From: Callorhinchus milii
Lineage: Eukaryota
Length of the DNA stretch: 64,000 nucleotides
Reading direction: 5' to 3'
Assembly (NCBI RefSeq): GCF_018977255.1
Contig: NW_024704742.1
Span: forward strand, 92,196,001-92,260,000
The first letter of the stretch is position 1. Each line of letters opens with the position of its first letter. The position numbers were made by a program, and so were the translations under genes. This document shows, piece after piece, positions 38,042-51,000 of this stretch. The notes under the pieces are model-generated. The model made no database searches and was not told the origin of the DNA. It saw only the letters and a list, made by a program, of their open reading frames with translations.

Positions 38042-40216
38042 CTGGAACACAGAATATCGAAATACATTTTAGCAATAAAGTTGAAAGGTCATGTCTAAGC
38101 AAACAAAAGTAAAAACAGACTGTCAGCAATTCCTAATCAATGTTTATACTATTACTTTGCTCAAGATTTATGAAAAATAACATTCTGCCAGATCTGCCAA
38201 AGAATACATTTGATAACACGAAGAAAGAGAGAGAGAGAGAGAGAATAGGAGAGTGAGGAAACACAGAGGTGACTTTCATGTTACAATTCTGGCAAGAATC
38301 AAAATCCACATTGCAGAGATGAAGTGCGTCCCCTCCACTAACCTTTAACACTCTCCATTTTAATAATGTTGCTGCAGTTTCAGTTTGTTTAATATTTGCA
38401 TTGTTAATTGCCCTGCTTTGGTTTTGATTACATTTCTATTTCATTTCTGGCATGACAAATATGAAAAACTCTTAAACGTGAGGGGTGGATAAATACATAC
38501 ACTTCTTCCTTCCAGTGTCTGGAACCTCTCCATTCAAGCAATGCTCGCCAAAATAGGTAAAAAGGTACAGCATAGAAGCATAAAGTTTCTCAGGGCAGGA
38601 ACTTTCTAAACCTACTTTTATTTAAGGTATCATGACACTATCGGAATAAATGTATCCCAATGACAGCACTTAAGTTGAATCATCTGTTATTTGGATCTTG
38701 ATGCGGACTACAAATAAGAACCAACCCTAAGTCAAAGGCAGTGACAAATGGCCTTAGAGATCTATTTACTACAAACGCATTTATAGTCAGCCAGGATCAA
38801 AAGTTGGAATAGCAGTCATTACTTCCACTGAGAATATGAATCCTCATACTCGTCTACAAATCCCTTCACACCCTGGCACCCTGCCTTGCCTCCTCATTCC
38901 CCTTTATCAAATCAGGCCTGAAGACCTTCCTCTTCATTCATGTTTACGGTCACCTCCTCCCTGCTCCCGGCTCTGCATCAAGCTATGCCTCCGTTAAGCG
39001 CTCCAAGACACTACCCTGCATAAAGGGTGCTATATAAATGCAAGTGTTGTTGTTTTTAGCCCACATTGTCTGTATGTATCATTGAGGCAAAAACTGAGCA
39101 GCTACCTTTACAAGATATCTGAGAATTTAGCCAGCTACAAACAAAAATGGCAGCAGGATCCTGCCAACAACAATGTTTGCTGCTGCCACTGCCTGTAACA
39201 CTTCTTCTCAAAGTGGACATCAGGTTCTCCAGAGGCATCAGCACTATCTTATTTTCAAATTACAGTACCGATAGATGTTTTTTAAAGTGATAAATATGAT
39301 TTTATGCACAGAAATCCAACACGTTTATAATCAAATTATAATAATAATTCCTGCATTTGATATAGCACCTTATTTAATAATAAAGGTAATAATCCCTTCA
39401 AAAAATAAAAATGATTTAATCACTCAATTCACAACTGTTTGTGGGACACTATTGTGCACAATTGTCTGTCGCATTTCACACATAAAATACAGTTACTACA
39501 CTTTACAGTATATTCTGTGAAGTGTTTTGAGACGTCTTGAAGACGTGATAAGGCGTTTTGTTAAATGCATGGATTATTATTATTGCATCATTGAAACATC
39601 TTAAAAGTGCTTTTCCAGGATCCTACTGTAAATGTAGTGAACGTATTTGTAAGCAAACTAAGACTTGAAAGGTAGATGATGCTTTCATTTGAACTTTTAA
39701 ATCACCACTGGGTCTTTTGGATTTTGAGCATCTATAATAATACCTAGGAAAACATGTTTCAATAAAACACCTGCAATTCCATAAAACTGAAAGACCTGAC
39801 TTAAGTATATACAAGAAGTGCAACAGTTTTGTATCCAACTGCCTTTCATTTCTTTCTAAAATGGTCAAACAAGCTTTTGTAATATGCAGCATGAATTTGC
39901 AAGCTATCATTACTATAATGCAAACATCCATGATACATTTTGAAACATTTCTATGATAATACAAATATGAGGTCGAAATGGTACTTTGTGTTTTTATTTC
40001 TTATACAAACAAGTGTCTCTCTCATCACCACCCCAGTAAAACATAGGCCGTATCACAAATATAATACAAAACAAGTCTTTCAAAACCACTACTAATGGTT
40101 AATTAATAATCACAGAATTTACTGCCACTCATATATTTTTCAATTCTGATTTTCTTTAGAAAGCATAAAACCTAAAATTACATACCTGGTGATGGTATGG
40201 TTAAGTTCATAAGCTC

Positions 40217-40232
40217 TAGTGCCATCTGCTGG
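40217..40232 (-). promoter_or_regulatory. CTCF consensus motif
   Basis: Minus strand CCAGCAGATGGCACTA fits CCASYAGRKGGCRSYR at every position; binding cannot be shown from sequence. Confidence 0.5.
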
Positions 40233-41179
40233 TGATGCGCAGAGTACTTTGGATGTTGAGAACTAAAATAAAATTAATGATGCACCGTAGAAGTGTGATG
40301 GTGCATTTGTTCAGTGCATACATCTTAATTAGATGGGTCACTGAAGCAGCTTGAGGACTACTAAGCTATCAATGTGTCTTTGGGAAGGGAGGCTAAATCC
40401 TTGCATTTTCTTCATCAATAATTAATTCGGTCTCACTCTCTGTTACCCATGGAGCTGAGTAGAGGAATTGGTGTGGGTTTCAATGTGATCATCTTGGCTG
40501 AGGGCTGTTGAATGTTGTCACCCAGATACAAGCATAAGAATGACAACTTAGTGATGAATAGGCATCGATGGAATCAATGCCTTCTAATTACGTGAGAGCC
40601 TACCCTTTGCATGCAATCAGACAAACTCGTGACTATCCTCTTTGGAGTGGGGATGTTGAGCAGTGTCCTTGGAGCTGACTTGGCTCCAGGGTGACATGTT
40701 GTCAACGGAATGTAGGAATTCAGTTTCTGAACCAGACAGACCTGCAGTACTCTGAGGCGCTGCTGGTGACGGCCCGGCCAATCTGGCTCATCAGCAGAAC
40801 CTGGAAGGGCAGATCAGTCACTGAGTTAGGGACTCTTCCCAATCAGTTTCCGTTAAACCTGCGAGCCAAAGCCTTAACAAGTAGGGTGGTCCTAGCTGGA
40901 GAAGCAGCGGGAAATCTTGCCAGACAGTGCTTTCAATGGCAAACTATGTGTTTTTAACTGGTTAGACCCCAGCATACCCCCAACACATACTCCAGGGTCC
41001 CCAATCCTTGGCTCTTGCCAACCTGTGCCTAATACTTTCCGGAATTAGGTAAACAGGATGCAAGTCTCCAGGGCAGTGGGGGCCAATCTTTTAGTCGACC
41101 AACAAAATCAATTTTCTTGATTGAATATTTCTTGATTTATGGCATAAATCAAGAAATAATCAATCAAGAAAAACCTGGA

Positions 41180-41204
41180 NNNNNNNNNNNNNNNNNNNNN
41201 NNNN
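41180..41204. other. Assembly gap (25 N); a further single N at 34244
   Basis: Run of N in the sequence. Confidence 1.
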
Positions 41205-41409
41205 TGGGCAAGTTTCCTTACTCCACACGCATGATAATAATCCCTTAAAACAATAATAAATTGGTCACTTCAATCCACCACTGTTTGTGGGACACTCCTG
41301 TGCGCAACTGGCTGCCGCCTATTTTGTGTTCAAAATAAAAATAAAAAATTATTTTGAAGACGTGATAAGGTGCTATATCAAATCCAAGGATTATTATTAT
41401 TATTACAAG

Positions 41410-42620
41410 GAATTCCCTGCGAGCTTCCCGGTGGGCAGCACATCTCAGCATGAAATGCGTGAGAGCATTGACACTGTCTTCCTGTCCGCAGCTCGGGCGC
41501 ACATCCCTTTCCAATTGAACAATGGTTCCATCAAGCAGTAGCTGTTTGCCTCTCTACAGACCAATCGAGGTGGATTCCAGGCACTGGTTGTACGAACATG
41601 TGTTCACAAACTCGGACTCCAGGTAACGCCTTCCAGTAGCTGTCGTCCCCAAGCCTCATAGTTTCCTCATTGGCTATCTGGCATCTGCCTTCAATGTGGT
41701 GGGAGGACCTTTACACGACAGCTTGTGACATACCAACCACCTTGATGTTCTTGAGCCCCAAGTCCAATGTTGCATACCAGGCTTACTCAGCACCGGCTGC
41801 TCAATCCAGGTCCTCATGTGAGGGACCTTGGCAAATAGACCTGCCCGCTGTGAATCTGTCTCCAGGTTGCTTAGTGACAGGTCAGTGTAGGCCGGAGCCC
41901 TCACTTCCTGTAGCAGCTTCCTGTGTTTGTTTGCAACAAATCCACCTGACTGCTTGATCCTGGGCTTTGCAGATTGGCCAGAATAAGCCTCTCCACTGCA
42001 TCCCCAGGAGCTCAGATCCATAAAGGAGGACTGTTTTGCACACAGGTCTTGTGTGCCACAAGCTTAACCTGCATTGGGTTCTTGCTGGCCTTGAAGTGGG
42101 ATGAGCTTGACCAAAGTGCCCTTCGCCCTTTCTCAGTGCAGTCTTTCAGGACAGTTTCCAAGCTGAAATTGGTATCCACCACAACCCAGAGGTACCGATA
42201 AGAGTCAACAATTGCAAGTGATGCCCCTTATCAATTGCCTCAATGTCTTCCCTTGAGCTGCACAGAACCATGATTCCGCACTTGGGGACCCCACCACCAT
42301 GTCCCACCGGTTAGCCCAGTGTTCAAGATGTTGGGAGAGCGCAGAAGGTCCCCAGGTGAGTCCGTTTGCAGCACAATATCATCTGCAAGCAGAAGCACTG
42401 CAATCCTGTCAGAGACGCCTGGAACAGATGCACCAAATCCTTCTTCCTCTTCGCCATTCAACCCGGCACTGATGAACACGTCAAACAGGGTGGGTGACAA
42501 TCGACAGCCTTGTCTTACCCCACTTTCCAGAGAGATGGGCTCAGTTAGTCCACTGTCAACCCTTACATGGATCTTGGAGTTGGAGTGCACATTCCCAGTA
42601 AAATCGAGGATTCGGCCATG
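41410..42620 (-). mobile_element. Decayed LINE ORF2 3' half (RT and CCHC knuckle), not CR1/L2; RTEX/L1-like
   Basis: Encodes GVRQGCRLSPTLFDVFI...LLLADDIVL (RT) and xPSCGQEDSVNALTHFMLRC (decayed CxxC...HxxxxC). Confidence 0.78.
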
Positions 42621-42854
42621 TACTCCCATGTAGGCAAACATGGCAACCCAATTGTGAACAGGTGGATTTCATAAAGGAGATCAGCAGTATCTCACAAAAC
42701 AAATAACCACTTTTTTGGCGGGATTGTTGGCCAGGATACCAGGAGAAACTACCTTCTCTTTTCAAATTGTGCCATGGGATCTTTAATGTCCACCTGAAGA
42801 AGCACACAGGACCTCAGGTCAACATCTCGTCCAAAGTATGACACCTTCAACAAT

Positions 42855-43713
42855 TGTTGTGATCCCGCTTCATAACTGAAATTGTGAATATATGTTAACC
42901 CATGTAGTCGAAAGAAGTATTTTAATCAATGGTTTGAAATGCTTATGATGAATAGATACCATTTTAATTAATGGTTAAAAATAATAATGTAACTAGAAAA
43001 AGGTCAAGATGACTTGTTATTGTAGCTAAAGATTGTTGAAGATGTTTGTACATAACAAATTCATGTTTCAACTAGTTTTTGTGCTGAGGTTGAGGTAGTT
43101 GAAGAGGTTTTCCCATAACAAATTCATGTTGGTGTTAAAGATGGTTTCTACTATAATTCAGGTTTTATAACAAATCGTGTTCTTCTATATTAATAACAAT
43201 TCTGCAGGTGTAATAACAATTATGGTTGAGAAGAATTAACAACATATAACAACTGTCAAATAAAGTCCACAGCTCAGCTGTCCATCGTTAAAGATTCAAC
43301 TTTGACTTTGTGATCAATCTATCCAAGCAAGAGATTTTGGGTCTGAATCAAGAGACTTTCCATTGATGCAAGACTTTTGCCTGCTGTTCGGGACTTTTAT
43401 CAACTGACTCCATCAAAAAAGCAAGATTCATATGATTTATGGATTAAGCGATTGTCAATTAATTTACTTTGATACGGACATTTGTCTATGCTATTGACCT
43501 GTCTGTTGTATTTATAAATGGAATCTTGTTGTTGTTGTTGTTGTTGTATTTGTGATAATTGAACTAACAAACTTTACATTTCATATTAAGTAAAGAAATT
43601 TTCAAAACATAAGTTGCTGAGTATCTTTGGTTCCTCTGTTCTCGGGTCCTTAATTAAAGGAAGGCTATAAAGAATAAGCTTGTCTTATTCTGCTCATTGC
43701 CCAGAACCCAACA
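42855..43713. mobile_element. Solo LTR inserted in a Deu-type SINE
   Basis: Starts TGTTG and ends CAACA, flanked by CAAT/AAAT (4-bp TSD, one mismatch). Removing it restores acaccttcaacaat-gcaacacatctcagcact, which matches the SINE at 7512-7543. Confidence 0.75.
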
Positions 43714-44224
43714 AAATGCAACACATCTCAGCACTTAAACGCAGATTATGTGAGTTCAGTAAATACACGGATGAGTGAAGAACAGCCGTCTATGTACTTA
43801 TTATTATTATAATGCGAACATAGAACATTCAAAAAGATACAACTGTGGATTCATATCACAATATTTTCATCTCCACCCAATTTGTATAATTAAGAGGCAC
43901 ATGTGATAAGATCACATTTGGTTCGATCACATGTTTGTTCTTTCTGACAACCCTAAATTTTTCAAGTAGTGCAGCTTTTCTATGTTAAGCGATCAGAGTA
44001 TTGATAAAAAAATCATTAATTAATTGAGGGGTTATTTTATTAGTGAGAGTTAATTCTAGGTCATACTTTACAATTAAGGACTTCAGTCGAGGTATTAGCC
44101 TTAGCTTTTAGAACACTGCTTTTACTGTGGTCAGTCTCTTGTACTTTCACCTTCCACAACAACCTGCCAATTAATTCAAAGGCAATAATACCGTAAAGCA
44201 TGTATTTACAGTATTAAGCTGCTT

Positions 44225-44953
44225 CCCCAAAGCAGCTGGATTCCATTTTTTAAGACTTAGTTTGAAATTAAAATAATTGTGGTGTTTCACTAAATACATG
44301 TACAAGGTAGAATGGCTTCCTTACTTGGAAAACAGTTTCCAAATGGGAAAACTAAAGAAATCAAGCTAATGACATATTTTTATCTGTATAAAAAAAAGCT
44401 ACCTTTAGTGCTTTTTATTAATATTTTTGTAATACTTTCTTTCCAGTTAAAAAGTGAGGCGATTTCTTGCCTGGGAATGAGGAATAGTACATTTTTGTAT
44501 TTCGGCCACCCAGTATGAGTTTGTAAGCACAATTCCTTATCCCTTTGTCATCTAATGTTCCTGACAGTTTGTCATCTAATGTTCCTGTTGTTTTTCTGAG
44601 TTTCAATTAACATCGTTAAGAGAACTACTGTATTTCGTAATCGAACTTTCATTTGGCAGTTAACGCTTTAAAGTTATTGCCACAGAGCATCCCCATAGCA
44701 GCTGGATTCCATTTTTTCAGACTTGGTTTGAAACTAAAACAATTGTGATGTTTTGCTACATACATGTACAAGGTAGAATAGCTTCCGTACTTGGAAAACA
44801 GATTCCAAATGGGAAAACTAGAGAAATCAAGCCAATGACATTTTTTTTATTTAAAAAAGGCTACTCTTGGAGCTTTTTATTAAAATTTGTAATACTTTGT
44901 TTCCACTTAAAAAGTGAGGAGATTTCTTCCCTGGGGATGAGGAATAGTACATT
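44225..44953 (+). repeat. Local direct duplication of ~265 bp (44225-44493 and 44691-44953)
   Basis: Both copies run cccca.agcagctggattccattttt...atgaggaatagtacatt with scattered substitutions. Confidence 0.9.
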
Positions 44954-46757
44954 AGAATCAGACAGTCATGGGGGAAAGCCACACATCGTAAAATCCTGTG
45001 AAATGCTTTGAGGCATCCTGACAACGTGATAAGGCGCTATAGCAAATGCAAGAATTATTGTTTTTATGTTGAGTGTGCAAATTTGAATACAGTATTTCAA
45101 GTGTGTTCTAACCAAAATCTAACATTACCTACTTGTTCTTGTATTCAGTGCCGCTATTCAGCGCCTTGGGCCGTCCTCCCAACGTGAAAGGCACGTTACA
45201 AATTAAATTTTGTATTGTATTTGTATTGTATATAAAATCTACAACGACAAGAACAATGACTTGTATCTATATGAATCTTGTAGCGTTTAAGTAATGTGGT
45301 TTGATGCCTAGCTGGAAAGAGTGGGAAGATGACTGAAGGCACATTTGATAAGGAAAGTCTTCAGGAGTGATTTGAACAGGGCAAGACAGAGGGATTGGGA
45401 ATTCTAGAATTCCATTTGATTTTTTCATGGTCATGTCTACTTGCACCATTGTTGTCGAATACCTATGGGGTAAAATGTGTTGAGTACAACAATGCGTTAG
45501 TTATGGGTAGTGCATTACCAAATCCTGCAAACTTTACCCAATACTTTTGTACCCTTTGGTCTCTCTGTTCCTCTACCCCATTAAGAATGCAACATTAAAG
45601 ATCTATTTCCTATTTTTCCTCCCAAAATGTACACACAATCTTTACCTACTGTTTCTACAAGTAGAATCCCAAGGAAGTGGGAGCTGCTGGTAAAGCACCA
45701 TTGTCTATGGATGCCAACAAATTCAGCCTCACTGCCAAAATATACTACTAGGAATTTGAATTACCCACCTTATCATCGAACCACTCCAGGGAACCACTGG
45801 TTCCAGGGACGCCTAACAGTGACTTCCATAAACTCCAATGTAGAGAAAATCCTGTCCTCAGTGCAGTCTACTGTTAGATTCCACCACTGCAGAGGCACAC
45901 AATCCTTCTGCCTGACAAAATGACCAAGGCTCAGTGGAAGGTGGCCCACTCAAAAAACTCTGTGTAGTACTGTACTCGCTGAGGCACTGTTCAGAAATTC
46001 AATTCAATTCCTGGCCTATTGCCAGCAACAAAAATCATACCAATCACATAAATAAATACAGGCATTACACATTACACCAGACAGAAGGCAATTGAGCAGA
46101 AACAGTCTTGAGGGGGGAGGAAGGGGAAGGAAATCACATTTTGTACAGATGTATCCTAAATAATACATCTCAAGATTGATATTAGGATCTGGGGATTGCA
46201 GGTAATGGAAGACATAGGAAGAATTGTATTTAAAACTACTCTTTTTAAAAAGAAATATATTTCAGAAATATAAAAATATAGGTATACTATTAATAATAAT
46301 CATTGCAATGATATAGCACCTTATCATGTTGCTGAGATATTTCAAAGAGCTTCACAGGATATATTGTGAAGTGGTGTGACTGTGTGATTGAACAGAGCAT
46401 CCAATTTATGCACAGCCAATTTCTCGTAGCCTTGAAAGGCACCATATATCTTCAACTCTTCTAGGGTAATCAAAATAGCGAGTAAACAAAATGATTTTGT
46501 TCTTATAATTTTTTTAAAAATAAAAATGTAGGAATGCTCACCAAGTTCAAATTTATATTATTTTGGCTAATCTTCCACATCATTTATATCTTTAGGACAA
46601 TGAATAGCCTGCTGCAGGATAACCTGTATGCTTTGGTCAAACAGTGTACAAGCAGTAGTAAGCCAATGCATTGCATTCTCAAGATTCAGTTTGACAAGGA
46701 TAGCTAATGAACAGTGTACCTGAGAACAGGTATAGCTGCTTTACCGTGAGACAGTAC

Positions 46758-48072
46758 GTCAGCCTGGCTTAGTTGGTAGCACACTCTCATCTGAGTCAGA
46801 AGGTTATGGGTTCAAGCCACGTGTAGGGACTTGGAGCTTATATAGTCTCTGCTGATGCCCACGTGCAGTGCTGGGGTATGCTGCACTGTTGAGGTGCCTG
46901 CTTCAGATGATATTTTAAACCGAGGCCCCATCTGCCTGTTCAGGTGGATTTTAAAGATCCTAATGCACTATTTAAAAAGAGAAGGGAGTATTTCCTGGTG
47001 TTCTGGCCAACTATCCCCCACACAAAATTGGTCAACCACTTCATGAACAATAACAACAACAACAATAAAATTACATTTGCATTGCGCCTTTCACGTCAGG
47101 AGGACGTCCCAAGGCGGTGGACAATAAATGTTTCAGACCCGAGCTGGGGGTTGGGATCGGAGAGGTGGAGAGCAGTGGTGGAAGGAGGGTGACTGAAGGC
47201 ACAGTCGAAGAGTAAGGTCTTGAAACAGATCTTGAAGGAGACAAGGGAGGGGGCGAGGCAGAGGGACTGCGAGATGGAGTTCTAGAGGGTAGCGAGAGAG
47301 TTGCTGAAGGACCGCCTGCCAATGGTGGGGCGGGTGAGGCGGGGGACATGAAGCAGGTTAGAGCCCCTGAGCGGTGGGAGTAGGCAGATTGGTAGGGGGT
47401 TAGGAGGTCGCAGAGGTAGTGGGGAGCAGGGCCATGGAGGGCTTTGAAGGTGAGGACCAGGATCTTGAACTGTATCCTCTGTGTGATGCGAAGCCAGTGG
47501 AATCGGGCGAGGATGGGGATGATCGAGTCATGGGGCCTGGTGCAGGAGAGGACATAGGCTGCACAGTTCTGGATTATCTGCCGCCTATGGAAGGAGGAGA
47601 TGGGGAGGCCAACAAGCAAGGAGTTTGCATAGTTGAGCCTGGATGTTATGAATGTGTGTATGAGGGTCTCGACGACCCCCAGTGTGAGACAGTGGTGGAG
47701 CCAGGCGATGTTGCAGAGATGGGGGAAGGCAGAGCGGGACATGGCGCAAATGTGGGGTAGGAAGGATAGTTGAGGGTAAACAAGACCGAAAGGTTCCAGA
47801 CTGGCTCAGTGAGGTGGAGTGTGCAACCATGGATGGTGATGCTGTCAGTGCCTGAGGTGGAAGCGTTGACGAGAACCAATCAGGAGAGCCTCGGTCTTGT
47901 TGACGGTCAACTGTAGAAAGTTAGCTCTGATAGAGTTAGCTCTTCATAGCTGTTGGTGGGAAATTGGCTGTCTGTAAATTGGCTGCTTTGTTCAATCACA
48001 GTACAGCTTGTGAAGTGCCTTGAGATGTCTTGACAACATGATAAGGTGCTATATCAAATGCACGGATTATTA
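46758..48072 (+). mobile_element. Deu-type tRNA SINE (46758-47045 and 47945-48072) split by an L2 insertion
   Basis: Head tggcttagttggtagc...ggttcaagcc, Deu-like body, and the tail resuming after the L2. Confidence 0.72.
47050..47930 (-). mobile_element. L2 LINE 3' portion
   Basis: Encodes ETLIHTFITSRLNYANSLLVGLP...IIQNCAA...FHWL..QRIQFKILVLTFKALHG, with a (TTG)n tail. Confidence 0.92.
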
Positions 48073-51000
48073 GCAGTGCACCTATATTTTAAAATGTTTA
48101 AAATATTTTGAACTATTTTTAGTTTTTAAAAATAGTATTTGTATTTAGTTTGCATTTTGTACTCTATTTGTATTGTATTTGCATTTAGAAATAGTTTTTT
48201 GAAAAAAACTATTTTTAAATACAATTCTTCCTATGTCTTCCAATAACTGCAATCCCCAGCTTTGAATATCAATCTCAAGCTGTTTGCTAAGGGTAAGAAG
48301 TAGAGCAAGGAGTACATTTCCTCCAGTTTTCTCTGCCATCCTGCATAAAATTATCTGGTATCTTATCAGCACCGATATGGTCATGAGCCAGATACAAATT
48401 TTACCAACCAAATTTTGTTGTCATAAATCATACTGGGTAAATGATCATTGCTTCAAAACTTCTACACTTGTTTTTTTTTGTCCACACCCATCACAGGAAT
48501 AATTTTCATAAATTGTGTTCATTGATAATTAGTGTCAGTTGTTCCTGAAAAGGCCTGGGTGACTATAGAGTTACGACCTAGATAAAAAAAGCTGTGCTGA
48601 CACCGGATCTTTGAGCTTAACCACACGTAAAGCTGAGTTCCAGTTTCCCTTTAAAGGAGAGATGTGTGTATTGGGTTTACATTTAGCTCCGAGCTGAGAG
48701 TGTGTATTGGGTTTACAATTAGCTAAGTAGAGGTCTGTGTATTGCGTTTACACTTAGCTAAGAACCCTTTTAAGAAATATTGCACCATGGTAGGCAGTCC
48801 TGCTCTGATCCGTGACCTACTTTTGTTAAGATCTGATACAAATAAGATCAGATACAAAGAGTTGATCGCTGGACTGAGCCTATCTTGTTTTTTTAACCTT
48901 GATCTTGCTTCATCAGAAAATGGCCCTATACTAGAAGAGATACTGCATGGAGGAGAGAGTAGCTCTAGATTGTATCAGTTTTATTTAAAGCTAACAATCA
49001 TTAAATGGTGAGTCAGCCTGGCTCAGTCGGTAGTACTCTCACCTCCGTGTCAGAAGATCGCTGCCTACAAAATACACAGTAGCTACACTTTACTATAGAC
49101 CCTGCGAAAAGACATCCTCCCAGCAATAAAGGCAATATATCAAATGCATGGATTATTATTTGATATAAATGTTTTCTTTCTCAATTTTAGCTCTTTCTCC
49201 CAATTCGTAACTTTCTCATCAACTGTTCACCAATATTTTCTATTATTGAATTGATCTAAACGGGATAGTTTCCTTTTCCTCCTCCCTCCCCCCTCTAATT
49301 TTCTCCTTCCTCTCCTAAAGGGCAGTAGAACCCCAAGGCAGGCACCTTGGTTCCTCCACCTGAGTGGAGTGTGCAGAGGCAACCCCGCCCTCCCCATGAG
49401 ACCTCACTGGTCGTGTTGGGATATCATTCCACAGGCAATGGTATTACACCCATCATAAACACAAAGTCACTGTACTTTACAATAAAATCCAGGGAATCGG
49501 TTTTAGCCATCCTTCAGACATGAAACATGCTATATCAAAAGTAAAGATTATTATTATTATTATTGTGTGACTCTAGACAGATTGTCAGGTGTATTTAATG
49601 GGGTGGGGAAGAAAGAAATCACAGCAATGCCCACATGTATTTTAGAGGAAGGGCCATTGTGTGAAGTTCAGGGGGAGCAACTATGGTTGTGTTTTTTTCT
49701 TCTGCTTGATTCCAGGACGTTGAGGCAACTAGAGCTTTCCTACCACATCCACTATTGCACTCTCTGCTGATCAACCCTTTATGGAGAGAGAGATAGACAT
49801 GCATACAGTTTCCAGACCTTCTTCTGTTATATGGCTAGCGCCCCCTGTGTACATCACCTATACAATACATATGCATACATTTTACATTCATTTGCTGGGA
49901 AAATCATATTATACGGTGAGCATCCCCTCATGCCTCCCTCCCCAGAACATGGACCAGGTACGTAGTCTGGTTCCTCAGGAATTTGTCAACGAAGGACAGG
50001 TGCTTCGGCACATTCCAACTGAATGTGGGCATTCTGAGGCAGGTCTGCCACACCGTCCTTCTCAACACTCCTCGGATACAGGTACAAGCCCAGCATGTAG
50101 CAGCATTTGATGTAGCGGCACAAACTTCTTACTGAAATATCACGGAGAGTAAATCTAGACCTAGCTTGAATTTTACCCATCTAGTTGAATAAAAAAAAGG
50201 AAGCGTGTCCCTGAAAACATGAGTTGGAGGTGATCCACTGAGTTCTGCTGCCTTACATGGCAATGTCAAGATCCACCCAACCATGTTATTATTATACCAA
50301 AGCTGGTTTGCTATGGTATAATAATAACCATAGCGAAGTCTGTTGTGTTTATAGCAACCAGCATGAGCACATCAACAGGACTGAGAACTCAATCTGTTGA
50401 ATGGGGATGGGGTGACTACTTTGATCTATGAAGTTCAGCTGAGGCAAGTATTTCTTGTAATTCTATCTGGTTAATTGATGACACTAAGTTATAAGAGAAA
50501 GGCATAGCCTTCAGATGTTGGTTTAGGCTAGAATTTTTTCTTCTTACTCCCCTCTCAAATTAGTTCAATTACAAAAAATCCTCAACCATAAATCCCAGGG
50601 CCTTAACATGGTGGCTCAAATACACTCATATGTCCATTATCAAATATCATTCCTTCAAACTGCCAAAAGGCAGTGTAGGCTTTCTTTTGAGATCTCTCAA
50701 GACCTTCCTCTTTGACTATACATCTGTCATCTTTCCCCTTCTCACCCTACTCGGCTCCCACCCTTGCTCGGGTGCCAAGACAGGACTGGCAATTGCTTTG
50801 GAATGTCATCTCAACTTGAAAGGTGTTATATCAATGTAAATTTGTATTGTAATGTAGGCATCGGTTTCAATCTTGCAGGTTCTATGCTGTTCATTACTAT
50901 TCAGACTCAAACAAAAGAAATCTGCTCTGACAGGTATATTAGTTCCAGCATCCAACCAACAGAGGGCAGTACTGTATCCATGATATATTGTTACAATACA

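Noticed and set aside
48145..48411. Hydrophobic ORF as TMEM38B exon 1
   Set aside because: Lacks the MFP.FD..(H/Y)Y motif and a convincing phase-1 donor after a PG-like codon.
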